DNA of 64,000 bases, taken from contig JAQFVV010000001.1 of assembly GCA_028023455.1 (NCBI GenBank), forward strand, positions 1,984,001 through 2,048,000, written 5' to 3'. Source of the stretch: Epiperipatus broadwayi. Taxonomy: Eukaryota; Animalia; Onychophora. The notes beneath the pieces were generated by a model. That model was given only the letters and a program-made list of their open reading frames with translations. It had not been told where the DNA came from and searched no databases. This document shows positions 25,450 to 38,095 of this stretch, one piece after another. Both the position numbers and the translations under genes were made by a program. The first letter of the stretch is position 1; the number at the start of each line of letters is the position of its first letter.

Positions 25450-26800
25450 TATTTGACATCTTGCAATATTGTTTTTTTAATCATTTTGATAAAAAAAATT
25501 TCTTTCTGAAGATTTTCAATACATTAATAAATTGTAGTTCTAAATTATTCTAAACTCATCATCTCTTTTTGTTAAGAATAACCAATTGCATCTCAATAGA
25601 GTACTTTTGACACAATTTTTATGTTATATATAGGTTCTGCTTCTTCCATAAAAATTGTGCTCAAATCATAAAATACTTTTTTTATGAAATGTGTTATTTT
25701 TTTTATTTGGCTTCATGTAGCTAATCCAATAGATATGTGTTACAATTGTATATTCAATATCATCACATCTAGAAAGCTGATAAAATATACTGATTAGATC
25801 TACATTCTTGACAACACATTTAAATTTAGGATATAATGGAACATTCTTAAATAAAATTGTTTCAATGTTTTTATGTTACATTGATAAAGGTCTACCTCTT
25901 ACTTACAAATAAAGCAGAATAACATCAACATATTCAACTAAGTTATATTCAACAGCAACATATTAAAGAGTATTTGATCTCAACTTTCAAATTTATCTTT
26001 TCACCTGAAAAGTTACCAAGGTACATTTCCAAAATGATGTCCTCTAAAATTTAAAAAGTTGCAGAACATTTTTTCCCAACACTATTGATTTGTTTAAATA
26101 CTAACGTATACACTAAATTCTTTATAGATGCAGTTACAACATTAAAAGTATTTTACAGATTAACCTTGGATGTGAGAAGAATACTATAATCATCAATTTT
26201 GATGCTTTTTTTTATGATGCCAGCTATAAACTGTTCCAAAAACTTCTATTATAAAAAACAAAACTGGAGCTAATTACATATTTCTGTTTATACCAGTTAC
26301 TATTTCAAATATTTTACATTTCCACCATCAGTAATAATTTTTCCACTTATACTATCATGAAATAGCTGTGTAATATAAATAAACTTCAGTCAACAATTAA
26401 TTATTTTCAAATACCATCTCAATTTACTGAATCTTTTCACACAATACTTTTCTTGCATTTAAATTACAATAAAAATTGAATAATTCTTGAGTTTCTAAAA
26501 CCACATCAAATCAATAGTACATATTCATATATTCAATAAAAGCCCTAAAAGTACTTTTACTGTAGAGAATAATAATGATATTTCACAATTCCTGCAATGT
26601 TTTTTCCCTTTGTTATTTTATAAATTGGAACAATAAAAGATTAAATGGCATAACTGCACGTTCATATATTCCTAAAAAAAATTCCAATAGTTTTGAAGCT
26701 AACATATAATCATCATAATTTAACAATTTTCCAGGTATCTTATCAGAATCTGCAGTCATTGGCTGGATATCTTTGTCTATAAATTCTCACTTAAGTATAC
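25450..26800 (-). pseudogene. Heavily decayed hAT transposase (GTF2IRD2/EPM2AIP1-like)
   Basis: Manual translation shows IITDGGNVK (cf. TTDGGKNM) and EYVDVILLYL*VR (cf. EYGDxLYHTEVRW) in the expected order. Numerous stops and frameshifts. Confidence 0.5.
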
Positions 26801-27488
26801 ATTTTTAACACAATAACGCTTTTAGTAATTATATTTATGACACATTTTTATAACGGTCAAATTAATAATCATTATATATGTGTATGTTTGCAGTTTGAAT
26901 GTTAAGTTCTTTATTCAAAGATAGATGGAGCAACATACAGCAAAACTATAACTATATAATAATACTTTATTATCATGAAGATAATTTGCCATTGCTTTCT
27001 TTTCTTTATTACAATTGAATCTAGTATTTAATAGTTAGAGCTATACTAACAAACTTTAATGAACCTCTTATATTATTAAAATTTATTTCTAAGATATACA
27101 AACAAATTAAATATATAAGATGTCCATAGCACAGGGTTTTAGGTTTAATGTATATTTTTAAATGTTACATAATAAAACATGTAAAGGACTTTTAAAAAGA
27201 TCATTTGATAATAATATAATATTCTCTGTAGCAAGAATTTCAAAGATTTCTTTTTTAAATTACTATATATACTAGATAAGTTAAAGATTTCTTTTTTCTC
27301 CTAGAATAGTGGACTTATGGGATACCATATATTTAATATATGTATATGAAAGTTACAGAAAGTATGCAGATTTCAAGATAAAAAAATATATAAATATTTT
27401 AAATAATAATAAATAACAATCATAATCTATCAATATTAGTTTATAAAATTATAATAAAAAATAAAATTACACACAGGAATTATTTTCT

Positions 27489-27710
27489 TCAATTTATTTT
27501 TTTATCGAATAAAAAATTAATAGCATCTACATTGCGCAAAACTCTTGGAATTTTTATTTGATGAGGGGAAGCACTTGAGTGAGATAAAAGAAAATCTCTT
27601 AATTTTAAAAAGGTTCCCGACTTAACAATATGAACATCCATAGGTCCAATACTATCTTTATTTCGAAAAGAGCGATATACATATGATTCTTCACACAAAG
27701 CCAGATCCAA
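27489..27710 (-). CDS. GHDC: Terminal coding exon of a GH3-domain-containing protein
   Basis: A strong acceptor (T)10CAG precedes LDLALCEESYVYRSFRNKDSIGPMDVHIVKSGTFLKLRDFLLSHSSASPHQIKIPRVLRN...*. This matches the GH3 C-terminal YxxxRxxxSIGPxxxxxVxxGTF...xQxKxPR signature. Confidence 0.9.
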   Translation of the reverse strand: MDLALCEESYVYRSFRNKDSIGPMDVHIVKSGTFLKLRDFLLSHSSASPHQIKIPRVLRNVDAINFLFDKKIN

Positions 27711-29935
27711 CTGAAAAAAAAAAAAGATTTAATATAATAAAATAATAAATATAAATAGTGAAATATTACTTTACAAATATTTAAATAAAAATAAACAAAT
27801 AAATAGTATTTATAATTATATAATTAATTGTTCTGGGGGTCAAGTGGCATTTAAGCTTTTGCCTTAGATGAATAATTGATCCTGAAACTTTTAGCCCTAA
27901 ATTCAGCATTTTATTACTGCATCAAACAAATACTCATTAGAAAGTTATGATATCTCTACTCTAAAAGAAAATATTTCAGCAAAGAGTAAATCAAAAAATA
28001 TTAGCTGTCACTACTGTAGTTTAGCTAAGTTAGTAATGCTTTAGCATGGAAATGACAGAATTGGTTATCTATGGAACTTAAGCTTCACAATCTTTCACTC
28101 TACAATTTCAGAAAACCACACATGGCATGTAATAAAATCAACATACCCACTATTTATTTAAAAAAAAGGGTAATCACAAAAAAACTAGTCCTCAGTCTAG
28201 TCTAAAATTTTTATACATAAATCTTATCTAAGATATTCCATATTCTTTAAACTTTTAATAATTAATTTGTTCATATATATTATAACTGTCAAAAGATGTG
28301 TGAACCATGTAGTGATCAAATAAAACAGAGTTTAAACTTTTAAACATTTGGATGGTCACTTTATGAGACTCTTTATAATAAACAAATATTTATTTTAAGA
28401 AAGCACTGTACAAATGTGGATATATAACTAAACACAATAATATCTCAAGGTTTTATGATAACTTAAAGTATAACTATGGATTTATAAGAATGAATAAATC
28501 CTATAACATTCATATATTTGGACTAGCAAGTTTGTTCTAAGCTTTCTTATTATGTAAATTCAATTTAAAATTACCTCAAAGTGATAAGATTAAAGTATAG
28601 TAAATATTATTCTTAAAATGTTAAATCTTTAAAATTATAAATTATTAATATTGATATAATTAAACAGCAAAGAGTATTTTGTTGTACTTAATTCATATCT
28701 CAAGCAATTAAATATTAAAATAAAATGGTGTAAGTATATAAAAATAATGAACAACATCTCTTATAAAGCAATACACCTTATAAATAACATATAAAAACTA
28801 TAAAAATCATGTGACCATATTTATTTATAAAATTAGATGACTACTACCTAATTAATGACAAAGATTAGATAATTGACAAAATATATAATTAATTTATTAA
28901 CAATAAATTAAAAAATAAAAATAAAATTAAATAAAATAGCAATAATGTTTTCTGCAATGATTATTAATATTCGTATGATGTCTTTAAATAAGAAAATAAT
29001 TTCTACTTTATTAATAACTAAATCTATGATATATCTGGATATGATGTAAAACAAAAGACTTTATTGGAGAGAGCTATTAAGATCCATTCAAAGAGCTTAA
29101 TTATAAATAATGAACAAAATAAAATAATGTTTTATTCTATCTTTAATCAAATAATAAGATCCATTTCTTCTAGGTATCTGATTTATAGAGCAAAAACAAT
29201 AACCCAACTTACAATATTCTTCTTAAAGCATGGTTTTAATTGACCTGATTCCAATAGGTACTGGTGGTATTCCATAAGAGATTTATCAAGCTCAAATTAC
29301 AAATAAAATGAGAATACAATGTCAGGAGTTTAACTCAACTGAATGAATAATAATATTTATACAAGAATCAATGCCATAAGTAAAATTGAATATACAATAT
29401 AATCTTTATAAAATCTTGAAAGCACCTATGTGGATAAATAATAGAATTTATAACATTTAAACTATATGCTTTAGATACCTTTAATTATAGAAACATAGAA
29501 TTAAATTAATAGATCAATAAAATATATAGAAATGTCAAATATTATGACTTAACTATGAATAATTAATAATTAATTTTAAATGTTATCAACCGGTCTCCAT
29601 AGTACAAAGAATCAATAATACACTTATAATAAATTGTAATAATAAATTTAATATACTACCTGTATATTCTTTTATTATACCTTGCTTCTTATGAGAATTT
29701 TAATTCTAGATATTATAGTAATTAAACAAATATGAGAAATATAATATATATTTTTATAATTTAAAATTAATTCAGTCTTAAAAGTTCAAAATATTTATTC
29801 TGGCACAATCTTTCAAAATATTTGAAAGTGATTAAATCCTTCAGTGTTTTAAGTTATAAAATCCTAAAGAATGGATGAAACAAATTTTAATCTTTATAAT
29901 AGAGTAATTAATAATGAAGTTTGAGCTTTAAAATA

Positions 29936-30095
29936 CAATCCAATAATGGTGAGTTAAAATATTCCAAAATCACACTATGTTGTTTTATTTCCTAGGTGTG
30001 GAATAAAATATATATCCTTTGAATCCACTAATAGTGGGTTAAAATTATTCCAAAGAATCATAATAAGTTGTTTTATTTCCTTGTGTGGAACATAG
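29936..30095. repeat. ~86-bp diverged tandem duplication
   Basis: AATCCA.TAAT.GTG.GTTAAAAT.ATTCCAAA...GTTGTTTTATTTCCT.GTGTGGAA occurs twice. Confidence 0.8.
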
Positions 30096-31149
30096 TTATT
30101 GATCTCTTAAGAGATGGCATTCATAAATTGTAACTTCTCTCTAAATATTTATGAGGATAAATTCATTAGTTAAAAAATTCATTTTAACAATATTTATCTA
30201 ATATAAAAGTGTTCTCCAGATGAAGATAAAATTTATTAACTAAAATTAATTTTTAATGACAATTGTCTAATACATAGGTGTTTATCCAGAAAGCTCTAGG
30301 CTGTTGTAATAATTATATCAAACAAATATTTGGAGAATAGAAAAGTAACATGATTTAAACAAAAGCAGCATTCCCAAACTAGTTTTTAATTTTCATATTT
30401 AAATCCAAATTTTAAAATTTCATTCAATTTAAAGTGCATTACAAGATGAAGAACATGATTAGATATTTAGTTCTCCATTAAAGGGACATTTGCCATTATA
30501 AGGTTAGGATGACCAGACTGGTCAATTGGACATAACGACTGATCATTTTTATGGCATTGTGCCTTTTTTTTTATTTTTATAAAACTCCGTTCCTGCATAT
30601 ATTCATAATTGTAAGTACTTTTCCTCTTTGGCATATTGTCTATTGCTTAGGGTTATTAATATTCCTATTAATTTTATCACTATAGAAAATTAATATCAAT
30701 AAAGAACTAATAAACTATACTGTCAATCAAAGTAGGTGCAGACATAGTTCAAATTTTAGTCTACAAAAAATCCAACTGTGCATGCTCCAAGGCAAGGTTG
30801 GACGTGACAACGCATCTAGCTTGAGAACCTGGCTATATAACATAACAGCGATCTTTGTTTTGGTATTGGAATTTGTCTGAAGTTTTTATAATATTGCTGT
30901 AAAAACTGAAATGGACTGAGAGGGCCAAGAAACTATCATTTTTGCAATGAATTATTTATCTAAGACAAATAATAATTATGAACATTTGAAAATCAGGACA
31001 TACAACAGTCCTGAAAAAAATATTTCAGGAAATCCTGAAAAATTGGGATCATCCTAATTAAGTTAAATGTTTATCTGGTTCTTTCCAATATGGTAACTTT
31101 ACATTTAAGTCTAATACAGTTTACTTGCAATCAATTAATAAAGAAGACT

Positions 31150-31318
31150 AAATAAGGCAAAACTCCATACAGTAGCGCCACCCTGTGTCAACCAGAGTAA
31201 TAAATGGATGCCAGAAGGCTTGTGCATAAAATCCCCATCTAGTGCCTACTCATTCAATATCCACAGACTAGTATAATTATGTGCTAGTATAAGAGATGAT
31301 GATCATGTGATGTTTAGT
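31150..31318 (-). mobile_element. Fragment of the retrozyme-like family lacking the HHR core
   Basis: The minus strand of 31150-31272 matches the post-cleavage part of the 45-46 kb unit (ACTAGTCTGTGGATATTGAATGAGTAGGCACTAGATGGGGATTTTATGCACAAGCCTTCTGGCATCC) and stops at stem III. It is followed by a short plus-strand piece (GATCATGTGATGTTTAG). Confidence 0.9.
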
Positions 31319-31753
31319 GATTTAAGACTAAACAATTCTGAACATGTAAGTGTATTTATAGGTTTGTGCCATATAATTAACGAGATTATCACTTTCGCTA
31401 CTCTTTTAGCTTTTTACAAGAAAATTTTATCATTGTTGCCAGAATACAATGTGAAGCAGGTGATTTTTGGAAGTTTTAAGAATTTATAGTGCTAAAATTG
31501 TAATGAAATTATTTTAAAATAACAAAATAATATTTTAAAAACATTTAAATATCCTATTACATTAATTAATAGAAATAAAATACATATTATTTTACAAATA
31601 AGTATATTAATACATCGTACAGGCTTAAACCTGCATTTATTTATGTAATATATGTGGGGTTTGAACTCAGACTTTCACACGACCCACCACTCTCAGTGCC
31701 ATCTCATATTGCTGACTCACCTGATCACACACATGTTGAAAAGATAAATAATC

Positions 31754-31797
31754 ACCAATATATGTATTTCATGCTAAACCAGCAATCATCAGTTGGT
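31754..31797 (-). ncRNA. Type I hammerhead ribozyme motif (left arm)
   Basis: Minus strand ACCAA-CTGATGA-TTGCTGGTTTAGCAT-GAA-ATACATAT-A-TTGGT, with an AUA triplet. The stem III CpG has decayed (ACGT to ACAT). Confidence 0.7.
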
Positions 31798-31831
31798 CTA
31801 CATAAATATATGTGTGAGGATAGTAATCTAG

Positions 31832-31875
31832 ACCAACTGATGATTGCTGGTTTAGCATGAAATACGTGTATTGGT
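31832..31875 (+). ncRNA. Type I hammerhead ribozyme motif (right arm)
   Basis: ACCAA-CTGATGA-T-TGCT-GGTTT-AGCA-T-GAA-ATACGTGT-A-TTGGT: 5-bp stem I, 4-5-bp stem II, near-palindromic stem III, GUA cleavage triplet at 31868-31870. Confidence 0.75.
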
Positions 31876-32074
31876 GATTATTTATTTTTTCAACATGTGT
31901 GATCAGGTGGGTCAGCAATATGAGATGGCACTGAGAGTGGTGGGTCGTGTGAAAGTCTGAGTTCAAACCCCGCATAAATAAGTATATTGTAAATATTAAA
32001 ATAAATGATTTTACTTTATTTATTTTTAAATTCTCATTACAATTAATCTTTTATTATCAATAATAAATTTACTT

Positions 32075-32658
32075 AAGCTATTGTGCATGCGCTTTTTACG
32101 AGTGTTAATAATAAATGAATACTTTCATTCCCAACACAAGATATAATATTTATGAAAAAATAAAATTAATCCACTTATTCTTTCCAACCCAAATGCTTAT
32201 ATATGGGCAAATCTTAAGTACTGGAAATGAAAGCATGAGGATAGACCACTCACTGTAAATTACTGTTTACGATGTCTGAATGAATGATGTCGACGAAATT
32301 ATCTAGAATTTACTAAACGTCACTCTCAAATGAAACTTAAACATATGTAAATAAAACATAGCGCTATAAAATAAATGCTTATTTACATATGTTTAAGTTT
32401 CATTTGAGAGTGACATTTAGTAAATTCTAGATAATTTTGTCGAAGTCATTCATTTAGACATCGTAAACAGTAATTTAAAGTGAGTGGTCTATCCTCACGC
32501 TTTCATTTCCAGTACTTAAGATTTGCCCATATATAAGCATTTGGGTTGGAAAGAATAAGTGGATTCATTTTATTCTTTCATAAATACTATATCTTGTGTT
32601 GGGAATGAAAGTATTCATTTATTATTAACACTCGTAAAAAGCGCATGCACAATAGCTT
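32075..32658. repeat. Foldback element / MITE-like palindrome (280-bp arms, 24-nt spacer)
   Basis: 32075-32354 is the reverse complement of 32379-32658 with only scattered mismatches. The central 38 nt are repeated at 32691-32728, and the arm start resembles 13170-13235. Confidence 0.95.
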
Positions 32659-35600
32659 GAAAAGGCTGATCTTTATTGTATTACAATTTATAAAACATAG
32701 CGCTATAAAATAAATGCTTATTTACATAAATTTACTTAAGTATTTTGTGGTTGTATTATTTTACATTGAAAGTACATTCAAGAATTATAAACATTTGTGT
32801 ACCACCCACATATATTTAAATATTATGTTAAAAATTTCTATTCTTATTAGGTATAATTTTAATCTTATACGTACACTAATGTATACTGATACTATTTTTA
32901 AATAATTTATTCTTATTATTGTTAATATTGTACCTTTTTATTCTATGTATTGTTCTGTATGTGTTTTCATAACTAAGTATAAACCATGATAAAAAAAAAT
33001 TTGATATATATATATTTGAAAATGCTGTATTTATAAAATATATATGAGAAGACATCTTGGATCAGTTTAATAAATCACCATATAAGATAATATTATCAAT
33101 AATATTAATATAATTTTATTTTTATTTGCAGCAATGATAATGATATTAATAATAAATAGTTACAATATTGATAAGCCAATAAAAAAATTTAAAATTATGA
33201 TTATTATTGTTAATTCATATATTTATGTACATGATAAAATTGATACTTATATATTTGGAGGCATATACTAAATACTTACAAAATATTTCAATTTAAATTG
33301 ATTTGGTTTGCTAAAGTCAACATATTGAAATATTTTTACCTATTATTTATGTAAATAATAACAGCTAAAAAATGCTGAAGCAATTTTTTTATTAAAAGTT
33401 TCTTTTTTTCTACAAATAAATTAAATGCTATTTAAATAATTGTATTTTTGACTTAGATATAAAGAGATTATCAAGACTAAATATATATTGATTTTTATAT
33501 ATAATTAAAAATATTAACTTGTAATATAAAATAAATCACTTTTAACAATATATAATCTCATGATGAAAATTGAAAAAATGTGATGCTCGATTGAATGAAT
33601 TTTTTAGAAAGTGAAGATTACTGATAAACATTGTTTTTCATTTCAACATTCTTGATTGCAAAATTAAAGCCTTTACTATTGATGCATCTATTAAAATATA
33701 TGCAGATTTTTTTTTTTTGAATAGTTATTTTATTTTTCTCAGAATAGGCTCTTTTCTTAACAATAAAAATTTTCCGATTGTGAAACCCTTCAAAGAGTAT
33801 TGGACTTTCATCCAAACTAAGAATTTAACTTGGAATATATAAAAACTTAAAGTAGTCTCTCAAATACTTCATAATTTAAAAAAACTTATAAAATTTTGAA
33901 TATAACTAGAAATTTTAATTGCAATTTTCATTATCAGATAAATAAATAAAAAAATGAGCAAGGTATATCTGATACCTATCATCAGTTTCAAAAAGTATAA
34001 GAGAATTTTTCTTTTTGACCAAGCAACCTCAACTTTTCTAGAAAGATGGATGAATTTTTAGCTATTATGTCTAGTCCTTTTTTTGCTTATACATGTTATA
34101 AAAACAATCTGCATAATAATTTGTTTCCATAAAAATCTTTTGTGTGTCATCAAAAATCAAACTAAATATTTCAAAACATAAGCATTTCTGTCTATATTGA
34201 CAATGGTTCCTGATCCTCAATGAAGGGAACAGTTACGATATTAAGACTTAGCATTCATTATACAATGCATCCTCTTTTTCTTTCTCATTATTACTCTCCT
34301 CATCAATACTTAGAACTCCTTTACTCAATGCCAAAATAGATAGTCACATTCTTAATGAAAAAACATTCATTCCAGGCATATACTTATCAGTGGTAAATGT
34401 TGATGTATACTTGATGAAAAGACTATTTTTATCTAATGAAAAAAGTATTACCTCTGTAATCTAACATTTATAAAGTAGAAAATCCAAACATTCATTGTAT
34501 AAATTAGAAATCATAATTGTGTATTATATATATATATATATATATGAAAAAATATACATATAAAATAATATTGAAAATCTACATAATATATATTATCTAC
34601 ATTTTAACATTTTATATAACAGAGAGAAAAAAGCACCATTTAGTTTTACCATATCATAATAGAAATCCAAGTAATATACATAAAAATATTTATTAAAAAC
34701 CTAAATATATATTGTAATGGTATGAAGTAAATAACAATCAAGAACTAATGTAAAATATTATCCTCACAACATCACAATAAATGAGAATGAGCAAAAAGAA
34801 GCATTGGGAATCATTATAAAAACTAATAAACATGATAATATAGCATCACCAGCAATAAGCATTGAGAGAAGCAATAGTCATTCTTTGTGACTGAATTTAA
34901 AAAAGATACATTATAAAATCTAAGCTAATCATTATGTAGCCAATATCAAACTTACGGTATAGTATAAAAACAAACAATATTTGCATGCACATACATAGAT
35001 AGTAAAATAATTACAATAATAAACATATCAAAAAATTCTGATATCATTGCAGATCATCATCAATGCTCTGGGCAATCATCAATAAACTAATGAAATCTAA
35101 AAGTGAATAGATTTCAAATATTATTTACTACTTTTGCACCACCCAAATAAGTCTAAAAGAACTATCTAGATGTCCAAACACATATGCTTCCACACATTTG
35201 TATATAAATACCATTACGCTTAAAACTAGCTTGGGATTGCAAGGACTATACTAACTATGATCGTAAACAAAAGAAAATACATATCTAAAATGTAATCTAT
35301 TTTATATTAAATAATTTCACTGGAATAACTTAAAATAACGATTAATAAATTTATTAAAAAGCAAAGGTTTAAAAAGTTCTTTATATCCAAGCAGTTACAT
35401 TTAAAAATATACATAAATAGTTTATATAACATATATATATATTGTAACAGTATCCGGGTTGAAACCCTGTTACAAGAAAATTAAGTAACACGTACCCATT
35501 ACCCTTAATACATATAATCATTTAAGTTGTCGTCAAGAAGTTAAATATAATGTATGAGGAGTTAGATATATATATGTAAATCAATATTGAACTTTTTTTT

Positions 35601-38064
35601 TTTAAAAAAGAAAACAAATAGAGAAAGGATTAATTAGGCATAATTATTTATTTTAAAATATTTTTTTTTAAAAATGTTATTATAAATTTGAAAAATACAG
35701 TTATACGCAAATATTTTTTTTGTATATATATATTGTTATCGATTGTTTCAAATATAGATTTTTGTTTCGATCATATCTTAAGTTAATGAGGGTGGTGAAA
35801 AGAAATACCGTATATGCCTCTAGACAATTCTTGGTTATATAACCCAATGATTAATTACTTTAAAAATTCCGAGAAAACCAATGAATGTATGGTGAACTAA
35901 AAATACCAAGAATGATGGAACCAAAAGACAAAGGAAATGTTAAAGAAAGAAAATATTTTTTAAAAAAAAAAGCATTCAAAAGAGAAATAGATCGAAGTGC
36001 TGATAAATTCTTTTTTTGGAAAGTGGACAAAGAAGTTAAAATTAATTAGATTGAAACAGCTGAGTAGGAGAGAACTGTGGACATCTTGTAAATCGCGATT
36101 TTTGCTTTTATATATTTAATTTTTGGTTTTGATCTATTAATTGAGATGGTTATGCTGAAGTTGCTGTAAAGGACTTTAAAGTTTTTTTTGATTTAACTGT
36201 TTTGCCAAAGAGATGTATCCTGGATCAATTTGTAGAATGCCAACATTTATAATGTTGGGGTAATAGCAGATTATGTGAAGGGCGTCATCATCCGTCGCCG
36301 GTACGAAACTGATTCTACCCACCGCCTGCCTGCAGAAGAACCCAGGAACTTCACCAATAATCTATACTGCATAATACAGAACAAAATAGAAAGGATCAAA
36401 TCTAAAAGTATGAACAGATTCACCTTGGAAGATTACGTTGTTAATAATTTAAATCAAGTCTCGTTCATAATGTAAATAAACCTTAATGCTGGACTTCGCC
36501 AATAAAAAGATAACCTTGATTATTTCAGGACCATAAAATTGAATTACGTTACTGAATATTTCATTATCCAAACCCCGAGGTCTGTCAGGTAATATATTTT
36601 TATCCTAATATAACCTAGAATGGCTTCTCGTTACCCTCTGAATAATTCTACTTGATTAGGCTATTAAATCAAATTATAGCGTATAACTGTATATATAATT
36701 GTTTTCTTGAATTAATGCTTATCTGTTATGTATTAAGATTTTTTTTTGTTTTATTTATGGTTATGGCTTTGTTATACTTTAATCTGGCAATGATATATAT
36801 ATAATTTTGATCTTATAAATGATATATTAAAGAATTAATAATAAAAGTCCTACATTTACCTTATAATTGAAGTCGTATATTGATTTATCGTCTATATTCA
36901 CCTATTACTTTACCTGCCAAGATAAATTAAAAAATTATCTAAATATGTCTGATATGAATAGGCATGTATATATTAAGTATATTTTAGATTCAAATCTAAC
37001 GTTTCAGAAATAGATTAAAGTGATTAACTCGGGGAATAAAGATTTAAAGAGAGCATTCAAATCCACATATTTCTTAACATATCTCCGTTCATCCGATAGG
37101 TTTTCCTCCCAACCCTGAGAATGAGCTAGCTTGGGTTGGGCACCTCATTAGATAGGAAAGTAGGGAAAGTATAATTCTCACCGTACTAGTGAGTCTGGCG
37201 CTTGAAGTCAGCTAACAACTGACGCTCATAAATATATTTTTCTCGTAGAAATTAATTTATAGATTTTATTCAAGGGACAATGGCCACTGGAAAACTTTAA
37301 CATTTTCGTAAATAAGATATACGCAAGATCTAAAAATTGCGTGTATAAAATTCCCAAAAAGATAATTAATTCGTATTCGAATTTCCATTTGGTAGATAGT
37401 GGTTAAATACTGTCTACAGGTGTTATGGTGACTAGACAGCCATAGTATTCCATCCATTATATCATGTGGTCGACTTGTCCAGGGTAAAGATTTATTTTTG
37501 CCAAGCATTCGGATTGATATACGGGGTTGTCGGTTAAAAAATATATATATAAGCACATAAACCTGTGTATATAGTAAAATAAGATATCTTAATAATTACA
37601 GATCTAATAAAGATTATTTATTCTATTTAACATAATGAATAAATATAAATGTATGTGAATGCATCTAGACATATGCAGATACTGGTATTATAATATCCAA
37701 TATTTCATTTGTTTCATTAAATCTATATACCAGAATTATTACATTTTAACAAAACAAATAATTTAATGTTAAAAGAATACATAAGCACACACATATGTGC
37801 AAAAAAAATATTTCCAATTATTAAATCTTAATTTGCATTTAAAATCATTTTCATATTATATATATATTACTTTATACTTTTAAATTATAAATAAACCTTT
37901 TTGGATAAAATCAGCATATCAATATTATTATATTTTACTAAGACATAAATAATTCAATGTTAAAAAAAATATATAATAAAAATACACATATGTGTGTATT
38001 CAAATATAAAAATAAAATATTTTCAATTATTAAATTTTAATTTGGATTTAAAATCATTTTAACA

Positions 38065-38095
<31 letters not shown>

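Larger units (their letters stand above)
31651..31976. repeat. Near-perfect palindrome (150/148-bp arms, 28-nt spacer); each arm carries an HHR and a B-box-like motif
   Basis: 31651-31800 is the reverse complement of 31829-31976 apart from a few substitutions and short slippage indels. Confidence 0.97.

Noticed and set aside
31654-31975. Mirror 68-aa ORFs on both strands (31654-31860 plus, 31769-31975 minus)
   Set aside because: They are by-products of the palindrome, not proteins.
33960-33995. Minus-strand CTGATGA plus AGGTAT/ATACCT hairpin; a similar partial motif lies at ~55885-55910 (plus)
   Set aside because: The GAAA half of the core is absent.
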